The notes beneath the pieces are model-generated. The model did no database searches, had not been told where the DNA came from, and saw only the letters and a list, made by a program, of their open reading frames with translations. A stretch of 61,610 nt of DNA, the filler included, from Choristocarpus tenellus KU-1152 (lineage: Eukaryota; Protista; Phaeophyceae): the NCBI GenBank assembly GCA_964200185.2. It is 9 parts of 9 records of this genome, joined end to end, with 100 filler letters (N's around TTAATTAATTAA, not from the genome) between each part and the next. Parts side by side here need not be neighbours in the genome. Positions count along the whole stretch, not along the records: positions 51,260 to 54,090 come from CAXNAD020024357.1; positions 54,191 to 61,610 come from CAXNAD020006186.1; 7 more parts are not named here. One strand, written 5' to 3'. The position numbers were made by a program, and so were the translations under genes. Of this stretch, positions 51,493 through 61,610 are shown one piece after another (the stretch's first letter is position 1; each line of letters opens with the position of its first letter).

Positions 51493-53091
51493 TAATCCTG
51501 TGGATTCCAATAATGATCGACACATCTCCTCGTTTCTTTTGAGAATGGATGCCCAAAAGTCATAAGACACAGTGAAAATCAATATATATATATATATATA
51601 TATATACATTCATAAAAAATATTTAACTCCAACTAGGCCCAAAATAGGTAAATAAGTATATTTGCTGTCCTTGGGAAAATCTGTCTCAAGGGTCACAGAA
51701 TACCATCAGATTGAGTTTGTTGCATCTGACCTACTCTGAGTATATATACACTGCTCCTTCTGAATCACACCTTTAAAACTTACAAAGTATGTATCACTGA
51801 CATGGCCTAAAATCAGTGGGTTCCAAATTCCGATCTTCGCAGTTACAAATGTAAGTGCTATGAAGGCATAGACTTACACTGTTCATGACCTACTCAACTT
51901 CTGATTATCGCCTGTCCTACGCCCCCCAAGCACAAAGTATACCTAAGCTGCCAGTGTGTAAAACAATGACAAAAAGCAAAAAAAAAAAAGATAGTGGGAT
52001 AAGGACGAAGATAAATAATAGAAAAAAGAACAGAAGAGAGAGATATTCTTAAAAAAAAGAATAGAAAATTCAAGATCAGAGAAAGCAGCTACAAATTAGA
52101 AAAGAGGGAAAAAGAAAAAAGTAATGTATTGGTCGTATTTTTTCCCCGAAAGACTACAAGCTATGCAACCCATATATATTAATGTATGCTCTGAGGCAAG
52201 TAGCTTCTTGGTTCCAACTTCTGCTATCCTAGGTTCCTTTCAGTGACTATGACTATCTATGCCTTATTCCCTTGTTCTGGTATGCACCAGCTAATCCTCA
52301 CATTGTCTTTCGGATGTACAGTTGTTACCTGCTAGGATGTTTCCAAGAGAAGCCAGTCAAAACCTGTACCTGTGTACCACCTGTGTCTTCATCTTTCATC
52401 CTTCCAAAACATTTTGACACTGGTACCTGTATGGAAGAAATATAACGTCCTTTTGGGGCAAGAATCTTTCTTGGGCGGGAACAAAAAAGGGAACGTTAGT
52501 TGGGTGTGGTATTGTGTTAGGACTGTAAGGGTCATAGAAGGCATAATGAACATCCACTGTAGTGAGGTAAAGCTGTTCACTGCTGCTATTTTTATTATCC
52601 AGTATGACAATATCCATTTTTCCTTTGTACTACAGTGCTATTCGCTAACGGCTGACAAGGATACATTGGTACTGTAGGATCTGGGTGTTGGAACTTCGAC
52701 AAAAGGAACCCATGGTGACTATGGCGATGGTTGGAAGCCTTGACCTTCTCTAAACGAAAGTTAAAACTCTGGTGTTGTCTACCAAATGCTGCTCCAAAAT
52801 TTTTTCGTAAGGCAGCCCCACCACTATCCTAAATGTCGCATTTCGTGCTTAATCTTCAGTGGGAAACGCTATTGGAAGTTTGCATGACCCCAGAACTTGC
52901 ATTTGTTGAATATTACACCCTCTGGGGTTTGCTGCATGTAAGGTACATTTGCATGCTATGTTGAGATGTGGTAAGCCGTTGTCACCCCCCCAAAGAGCAC
53001 TGCTGCGATAAAAAACGGACGAGACGTAATTCCCCCTCCTACACCTGTGTCAAGAAGTACCTATACTGGCATTCTCGAGCAGAGCAGATAT

Positions 53092-53262
53092 AACTCATAG
53101 TACCTGGGGGGGGGGTCTACGTCAGGGTGTCCATTCGGGTCCTGACTAGGAGAAGTGCACTTACATTATCCACCCAACGCATGCAACCAATCACCAAAAA
53201 ATCGCGACATGGAAAAATGGGGTCCGAATGGACAGACGTTATCCTCCCAGATACTTTGAACC
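53092..53262. mobile_element. MITE family C, TSD ATAT
   Basis: ATAT at 53088-53091 and 53263-53266; terminus CCCAGATACTTTGAACC. Confidence 0.88.
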
Positions 53263-54190
53263 ATATCCATACTTGACTAGTATAATGGGCAGGTGTTATG
53301 GCGAATTTTATCAAGGTGGGGACGGGAGTCTTACTGTCTATAGCTGGAATGATAGGGATCCTGGAGCTTCAGATTCCAGGGCGCACCTTCAAGACAACTC
53401 TGATGCTTCTGAATCGGTCGGGCTTCTCGTGCATAGAGGAGGAATTTCTGAGTCTTGCATCGCTGTGAGGTATTGAAGATGGGTGACTGTTAAGACTACC
53501 ATTATGCGCGACTCTGTAGTGGATTGAGTGATAGGCGTAGGTCTTTGCCCGAATGGTGTCGACTTGTATCGCTTGCCTTGTCTGTGGCTGAAGCAAGTGG
53601 GGATCGAAGCATCGGCTGGGGAATGGATGTCACTGGTCGAACGAGTTTTAATGCATTGCTTTTTGGAATGAACGCCGTCCGTATTTCGAAGGAACCGAAG
53701 CTGGTAGCTTGTTGAAGGCAGCAGAGACAGGGGGCGAGGAGTTCTGGGTTAAAACAGGTTAAAACATTGGTGCGAGGGTTGCCAGAAAGTACACTGTAGA
53801 CAACCTCTTGGTGTTGCAGTGAAGTTTAGCTTGATACCTCATCGTGCATGTATATCCTGGTTTGGTGAGGTAGTCCCAGTTCCTGCCTGACGATGGAGGT
53901 TTTGGCTGAGCCAGCGAAAGGTTGTGACATGCTGGCAAACATAGCACGAGCATCTGCCATAGTAAGAAACCCACCATTGTCATAAAAGAAGTTGTGACAG
54001 GGGTGAGATGTTTAGGTGATTTAATGTTAAGCACTCAATAAAATTGTCAAAGGAAAGGGAGTAGCTGGATGAGTTGACATTGTACCGTAGNNNNNNNNNN
54101 NNNNNNNNNNNNNNNNNNNNNNNNNNNNNNNNNNTTAATTAATTAANNNNNNNNNNNNNNNNNNNNNNNNNNNNNNNNNNNNNNNNNNNN

Positions 54191-54266
54191 AAAAGAACAA
54201 TTCCTGATTTTGGTCCAAATGGACACCCTGGCGTAGAAACCCCCCCCCTCCCAGATACTTTGGGTC
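54191..54266. mobile_element. MITE family C end at contig start
   Basis: CCAAATGGACACCCTGG...CTCCCAGATACTTTGGGTC. Confidence 0.8.
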
Positions 54267-55100
54267 GTCTGTATCAGTCAAAACACTAGCCACGTGCTCT
54301 GGAAAAAAGTAAAAATGTCTTCACTCAACGAACACAATGTCCTAAGTAACAACAAGATGGGGTTATGTATAGCAATACTTGCAATTAGCATGTTTCTGAG
54401 CACAGGTAACATATTTTATCAACGGAATGAGGCGAGTTATCCTAAACCAAAACCGTCAGTAGTATCATCCATTCCGATTGGTCAAGGTAACTCAAGAAAG
54501 GTCATGATTGGTCCATCTTCACAGTGTTAAAGGCGATTCATTCACCGCCCTCTCGGCTCCAATAATATATGGAAAAAACATAAACAAAAACCAATGCAAT
54601 TGCTCTCAACTATTTATTTGGGCTGACCTCAACTTTTTCTATCCCCTTACATCGAACACACTCTGAATTACAGATCACCTATGCTACAATGTTCATAGAC
54701 ACAAAAATGCATAAAACACGACATATATATTAACATAATGCACAATGGCGATATACCTTAGCACACCTTCCCACGAAATGGCATTACATCTCTTGCCCCA
54801 AATAGTCAGTGTAACAAAAGCACATTGCAATATCATATACCTAAACCCACATTTACATTGACTGAAATTGCACCTCTTGCTCTCCCAGTAGTCAGCAATG
54901 CCATTCATGCATATATTTAATACTTCAAACTGAAAACACACCATTAGGAAAATTACCCAATCACCAACTACACATCATGAGTCATCAAACATTTAATTCT
55001 TGAGTATAATTCTTTAAATTATCAGTGCTAGAACTCAAAAAAAAAAATGAATAAAGAAATAGCACTCAAAACAGTCGGAATGACCCCTAATGCTGGTCAC

Positions 55101-55171
55101 TTGTCCATAACTATCAATTAATTTGTCCATAACTATCAATTAATTTGTCCATAACTATCAATTAATTTGTC
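55101..55171. repeat. Perfect 22-bp tandem repeat, three copies
   Basis: TTGTCCATAACTATCAATTAAT x3 plus TTGTC. Confidence 0.92.
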
Positions 55172-56064
55172 GGTAACTGTCAATAAAAACAAATACATCA
55201 TATAAAATGCAGGAGTCCTGCTGTCCAGCACAATGAAACCCTCCTCGTGTCTTTTTCGAAACATAAAATAACATCTAACTGCCATATCATTCCTCAAACT
55301 ATTAATATCAACACAAAACAAATACACTATGATCTACCCAAATTAAAACAAAAAAAAGCTGGAATATTCCACAACATCAGCCCTAATCACTGGTATCTCT
55401 ACACAACTCCAATCAACTTTGTTTCCGCAAGCACTTTACAGTATTTGCTATTGATATTCCTGGAGAATTTGGCACGAACATATTCTTGTAATACAAACTA
55501 CCAAAATCTCATACGTGTATTGAAAGGAGCAAAATGTACTCTACACTAAGTAGTTGGTTTTATTGAAGCAATTTGACATCAGCAGAATTTAAAAAATCAG
55601 AACATTTTAGAGTGATGATTGTGATGTGGGGGGGTGGGGGGTAGGTTACTGTTCCGATCAACAAATGAAATATTACAGAAACTTAGAATTGTATGGAGTG
55701 GAAGACTCTTCAAGGTCATTTTGAAAGCAGTACTTTCATATTCTTAGTGCCGATTTAACAAAAACGAGCAGGCACCAAAACCTCTTGTGTAGTGCGCGAA
55801 CACCGTGATAGCAAAAAAAAAAAACAGAAAACCGAACGACCTAACCTTTACCTTGACACTAAGTATGAAAATGTCAGTATCTGTATAAAATCAATTACTA
55901 TATTTTGCACCAGAAATGAGGGCTAGTTCTGAGTAGATAGAATTCAAGATCAATACTTCCACTACACTCCAACCCCTATACCACCACACAGTTGCTTATT
56001 TGTAATACTATATATAGTATTGATACTTTTAGAGTGTTTGGGAAATAGGCAGAATTATTAGTTC

Positions 56065-58270
56065 AATCTTAACATTTCCCAAACCCGCTGAGCAAAATTA
56101 CTCTTTTAATCTCAATTTGTTCCCAGACCCACATCCCAAAATTATTGTCAAAATCTCAACTTATACCCAGGCCCACTCGGCAAAATGATAGTTTTGAATC
56201 TCAACATATCCCAAAGTCTGGTCAGCAAAAAAATCATTTTGATGTCAACTCATCTCCATATCCCCGCAGCAAGACACTCATTTTCAATTTTAAGTTAATC
56301 TTCATGTCCGGTTGATAAAATCAATACTTTAATCCCAACATATCCTTACCTACTCTCGGTAAAAAATAATAATTTCAACTTATGCCGTCCTCTTGGCAAA
56401 ATGATTTCCAATCTCAACTAATGCCCATCCACTTCGCAAAAAAAAACATTTTCAATCTCAACTTATCACCAACGGTCCCAGTGACAAAAATATTATTTCA
56501 ATCTCAAAACATAATACAGGTCCCCTCCACCAAAAAAAAATCTCGGTTTTTACTCAGACCCGCTCGGCAAATAATATTTACACTCTCGACTCATGCCAAC
56601 GTCACCTCGGCAAATAGTATTTTCAACATTAACTTATCCTCACTGCGTCACAAAATTACTATTTTAACTTCGCCTTATCCTCAGGTCCCTCGACGAAATA
56701 TTCTTTTGAGCAGGTCTCCTCGGGAAAACGATTCCAATCTGGACTAAGGTTTAGATCCACTCGGCAAAAATATGTTCTCAAAATATGTCCAGGTCCCCTC
56801 GGTAAATGATATTTTCGGATATCAGTGTTAATCAGATCCGCTCGGCAAAAAAAAGTGATCTCAACATATCTCTCGGCAAAATAACAATATTCAACCAGTG
56901 CATGTCCATGTCCGCTCGCCAAAAGATTTAATCCAATTTTAATTTATCTTTAGGTCAGCTCGGCAAAAAAATAATAATCTCAACCTATCTCCTGGTCCTT
57001 TCTACAAAATTATTCTTCAAAATTATTCTCTCAATCTCAACTTTAAACAACTATTTCAAACTTGATTTTTGTTCAAGTTCCCTTGACAAAAGAAATATGT
57101 TAATCTCAACTAATGCCCATGTCCACTCGGCAAAAAAAAACATTTCCAATCTCAACTTATCACTAACGGTCCCAGTGATAAAATGTTTATTTCAATCTCA
57201 GTACACATATACAGGTCCCTCCACCAAAAACAAATCTCGGTTTTTACTCAGATCCGCTCGGCAAATAATATTTACACTCTCAACTTATGCCAACGTTACC
57301 TTCGCAAAATAATATTTTCAACCTTAACTTATCCTGTCAGCTTTGCCAAAATTACTATTGTAACTTCGCCTTATCCTCAGGTCCCCTCGACAAAATATTC
57401 ATTAGTCACTTTTGAGCAGGTTTCCTCGGGAAAAACGAGAATCCAATTTGGACAAAGGTTCAGATCCACTCGGCAAAAAATATTTTCTCAACATATGTTC
57501 AGGTCTCCTCGGTAAAATGATATTTTCGGATCTCAGTATAAATCAGATCCGCTCGGCAAACAAAAGTAGTCTCAACATATCTCTCGGCAAATAACTATAT
57601 TCAACCTCAACCTGTGTATGTCTGTCCATGTCCGCTCCCCAAACATTTCATTCAATTGATCTTTAGGTCAGCTCTGCAAAAAAAAATAATCTCAACCTAT
57701 CTCCTGCTCCTTTCTGTAAAGTTATTCTCCAAAATTATTCCCTCAATCTCAACATATCCTCAGGTCCGCTCGGCAAAACAAATATATAAAATCTCAACTT
57801 ATGCCCACCTCCCCTCCACAAAACAATTATTTCGAACCTCAAAATATCCTCAGGTCCACTCACCAAAATATATTTAAAGGTTGATTTTTTGTACAGGTTC
57901 CCTTGGCAAAACAAATATGTTGATCTCATCGTTCGGTCCACTCGGCAATATGATTTTAATCTCAACTTATGCCCAGATCCCCTCGGCATGATATATTTTT
58001 CAGTCTCAACTTATCTCCAGGTCCATTTTCCACACCATTTTTCTCACTGCGCTTTACACCCGTTAACACAGATTTCACTTGGACTGAGGTGATATTTAGA
58101 GTTGAGTTTGGTACAATTATTTAAATTTCAACATACCTTCGATTTCCCCTGGGCAAATGTTCTTCGATCTCCACTTCCGCTCAGGTTCCCTCCGAAAAAT
58201 AATTATTTTGAATATTACCTATCCCAACTTCCTCTCCACAAATCTATTCCTTCAGTCTCAGCTTATCCCC
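56065..58270. repeat. Diverged ~44-bp satellite (roughly 50 monomers) with a ~690-bp higher-order duplication
   Basis: Approximate consensus AATCTCAACTTATCCTCAGGTCCGCTCGGCAAAATAATATTTTC; block 56410-57030 repeats at about 57102-57750. Confidence 0.9.
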
Positions 58271-58323
58271 AATCATGATCCTTCCCACACCCTCTCTATT
58301 AATAGTGCCGTTTGTTATCTCAC

Positions 58324-61027
58324 GCAGGGGTGGAGTAGTGTGTCCCATACAAAAACGCAGGAGGCAAACCCTGTCCAGGATGCAATTCAGGGTCAGGCAT
58401 ATTCCGGAATCTTTCACGGAAGTATTCCAAGCGTTCTGGGTCCAGTGCACCCATTGGGCGGGAGAGGTCCCTGAACGGTGAGGGGGCGTATTTCAATGTA
58501 GGAGGCAACAAAACAGTCAATAATGCAAAATCATGCACGAATATATGTTGTGATACGAAAGTTGACAAAAAACAAGCTTGAGTAGAATCTAATAAACCAA
58601 AACCAAAATAACCGATCTTTAAACGGTGAAGGCTTTTTTGGGGGGGGAGGTGTAAAATGACCAGAGGTTGGTACTATTAGTAAGACATTACTGCTGATTG
58701 ACAGGAAAGGTGGGTATATGGAGGATAGAAATGTGTGCAACAAGGTCAAGAGTATTAACAGAAAAGATCACGAGGTAATCAACCTTGACTGGAATAAATT
58801 TTCTTCCATTAGAACATTAGGTCATTTCATGGAATGGATTTGCTCGGGCAAAATGCGCAAGAAAAAGGTATACTATTCAATGATAAAAAGGTCAGAAGAT
58901 TCTTTTTCTTATTGTTTATATATAAAATTATCTTGGTATCTGTTCCCCCCCCAGACACATCTGCAAACTGTCAAAGGGCATCATCATGTATAAAAAGATA
59001 CCACAGTTTTACATTGTCCTATACAATACAGTGTGGTACGGCAGAGTGTGTATAGTGTGGTATAGTACAGTTGTGTAGATTGCGGAACGGTACAGTATAA
59101 TACAACATAGTAGGTCACACTAATATATATATATATATATATAACCACCATAACTCACTGTTGACAACTACAACTGTTACATGTATTTTATATTATTATG
59201 CCCTCTGACATTTTGCAGACAGGTATTCATGGATTTATAGTCAGTACTACCCCCTCACACATCTGGAAATTATTAGAGGGTGTAATAAATAATATACATA
59301 CACCACAGTATGATCCAGTACAGCGTAGTACTGTAAAGTAGTGGAGTATGAGATTGATGCAGTATGGTTGAGTAGGTTCAGAATAAGAAAACAAAGAGGT
59401 GAAGAAGGTGTACTCAGTCCAGTACAACTGAAAATATGCCCTTTACCTCTGTGCATAAGTTAGAATTAGGTTTAGGGAAAGGGCTGGTATTTTAAGGTGG
59501 GGAATCCAGACACCAAGGGGTGTTTTTTTCTTGCAAGTATTTTTAGCATATACATTGATGTATATATAGAACATGATTTTGGACAGAGAATCGCTATTTG
59601 CACAAGATGTAACACAGGTATGCCAGACATGCTGCAACACATGTTCAGTCAGTCCACACAATCAAGCCACAATCATTCTATATAGAGAAGGAAGCAAAGT
59701 GTCCCAATATTGTTATCAGTGACTGAGGTGGCTGGAACATGTTTGACCAGAGGAGTCAGGAGGGCGACATGAAGATATCGCTTTTTTTTTCTTTCTATCC
59801 TAGCACTTGTTGATCCACAGCTTTTGTTGTCATTACCAACAATTAGTAAGGTACATCCAGTTTACAGCTAGATACACATAGGTACATAAAGTGTCCAACC
59901 ACAAGATAAATTCAACGACATTGAAAAACTATTATCCCCTTCTCACTCAAAAAAAGACATCCATCTATACATCTCCCTGCTACAAGTCTGCAACTAGTAC
60001 TATATATCAAAGAACACTAGAAAAAATAACTCATCCATACTCATAAATCAGGTATACACTTGGGGAAAAAATTCAAATAATACATCAGAAATACCCCTTA
60101 CAAACATGCTCCTCTGGACATTGCAGCAATCTGCTCCCTGCTTTACCTCTTGGTTACCACCGTATAATACAAACTATATAGGAACTACCAAGCATTTTTT
60201 TGCACTACCATCACTACCACTTCTATACCAAAGTTCCCCCGTCACCACATATTGTCGCTCCCCCTCCTTTCTCAAATTTTGTCCTTTAACCTCCTATTGA
60301 CTTCACTCAGCAATAAAGCCTTACCACCACACTGCACCTACTCCTGCAAATAGTATTACAGTGTCAGACTGTAGACCATAGTACCAAACGTAGTCGAAAA
60401 ATCGTCGGACTGACGATTTTCAGGCCAAATGTAGAATTGCACCAATCAGATATTGGGGGCATTAGCAAAACAACAGTACCGCTGTGGCATATATTGAATA
60501 CTTCACACCATCACATTCTTTCACAATAGTCAGTCATTTCATTCCGCTGATGTTGACAACTATATATATTTGGTACCATGCTACTGGCAGTCCTTTGCAG
60601 TGCTCAAGACAAGCACCATCAAAACCACATTTCCCTGAGAAGAAGATCGGGCAATGACGAGTCCAATCCTTACACGCCTTCGAAGGAATTCTGGATGTCA
60701 ACCATCAACCCACTACATCACTCAGAGGGGCACACGTACACGAAGCCTGCATAGGATATACCCAGACGTAATCAAATCAACTTATTGAGATAGCTGCTAC
60801 CACAGCATACCCATAATTTACCTACATACACACACACACACACACATACACATATACACAAAAAAATATGCACAAAACACAAACCTGTAGCTTGCAGAGT
60901 CATCAAGATCCAGTGTGGGAGAGGTGAAGTCCTTGATCACCCAGGGGAACACAGGGTACTGCGTCAGATCGTTCACCGTGCGCCCTGCAACCGTGTTCAG
61001 GAAAACCAAGTATTCATAGTTTGACAC
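58324..61027 (-). CDS. BEACH-domain protein, two internal exons: 61027-60885 and 58470-58324 (partial gene)
   Basis: [48 protein letters not shown]|[14 protein letters not shown]...[10 protein letters not shown]; canonical BEACH motifs, GT-AG sites, matching phase 2. Confidence 0.95.
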
Positions 61028-61610
61028 CTTCAGAGGCGTTAGCAGCAACAAAAGCACAGCAGAGCATTGTGGTTACCGAAAGAGGGGTCACATCGTGATG
61101 GTTCAAGACAACAACAACAACAACAACAACAAAAAACGATATTTGCTTCAAGTATCGCATTAGGAACATGTAAATCTATACACAGGACACATCTGTACTA
61201 CGTGGATGGAGTAGAGACACCATTACTCTTAACTAGTCCTAGCCCTAGCCCTAGCCCTAGCCCTAAACCTAGCCTCAAGTCACCTACAAATGCTACGTCA
61301 ATAAATAGGGCTAGGGCATTTCTCACAGCAGTTACCAGTCCGATTGCCTTCCTCATTTTTCTTCAAAATATTACAGTGTCTCACTCACTGGTCCAGTGAT
61401 ACAGAAAACCCATAGCACAAAACCATGTAAATGTAATATTCAGATTGACATCCAACTGATAACACCATTCTTTGAAGCACCCTCAATAGACAACATGCAT
61501 TGGAGCATTGGGGCAATGTACTTTCAAGGTAGATCTTATCACTCCCCCCCCCCCACCGTCCCCTCACCCCCCTCCCCCCCCACATACACATACACACAAG
61601 TACACACCAC

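Noticed and set aside
9311-54190. Recurrent TTAATTAATTAA motif
   Set aside because: Always inside 100-nt N runs; it is an artificial linker, so no cross-linker gene neighbourhoods were inferred.
56065-58270. CRISPR-like array or repeat-protein gene
   Set aside because: Whole monomers are homologous, with no unique spacers; indels break all frames.
61232-61275. Telomere-like (CCCTAG)n run; also CCCTAA x2 near 10317
   Set aside because: Only a few units and internal; treated as simple repeats.

Overview
Eukaryotic, intron-rich, repeat-dense DNA. It resembles a brown alga or other stramenopile, but that is an impression I cannot prove from the window. It is nine contig pieces joined by artificial 100-nt N/TTAATTAATTAA linkers, so adjacency across linkers means nothing. 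Host genes: a complete two-exon PP1 inhibitor-3 (PPP1R11/YPI1) gene head-to-head with the first four exons of an insulinase (M16A/IDE) gene that uses two GC-AG donors; two BEACH-domain exons; a tRNA-Val(CAC); and a terminal exon encoding tandem PY motifs. Mobile DNA: three decayed plant-type mariner (DD39D/GT-like) copies, one with intact TIRs; two Ty3/Gypsy remnants; a hAT remnant; and about 21 copies or fragments of three related MITE families with shared termini and 4-bp TSDs (Sola2-like). The most unusual feature is a ~4.5-kb very AT-rich island (about 30636-35142) inside a host contig. It is a patchwork of 35-90-nt pieces of bacterial mobile-element genes in both orientations: a shredded IS982 transposase, IS66 TnpC, and an Rpn-like EGKAEG tail. 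Several pieces are re-used, and one pair forms a perfect 37-bp hairpin. It looks like scrambled DNA from an AT-rich, Rickettsiales-like endosymbiont. A ~44-bp satellite with a ~690-bp higher-order duplication lies just downstream of a BEACH exon donor. All calls come from reading the sequence by eye; no searches were run.
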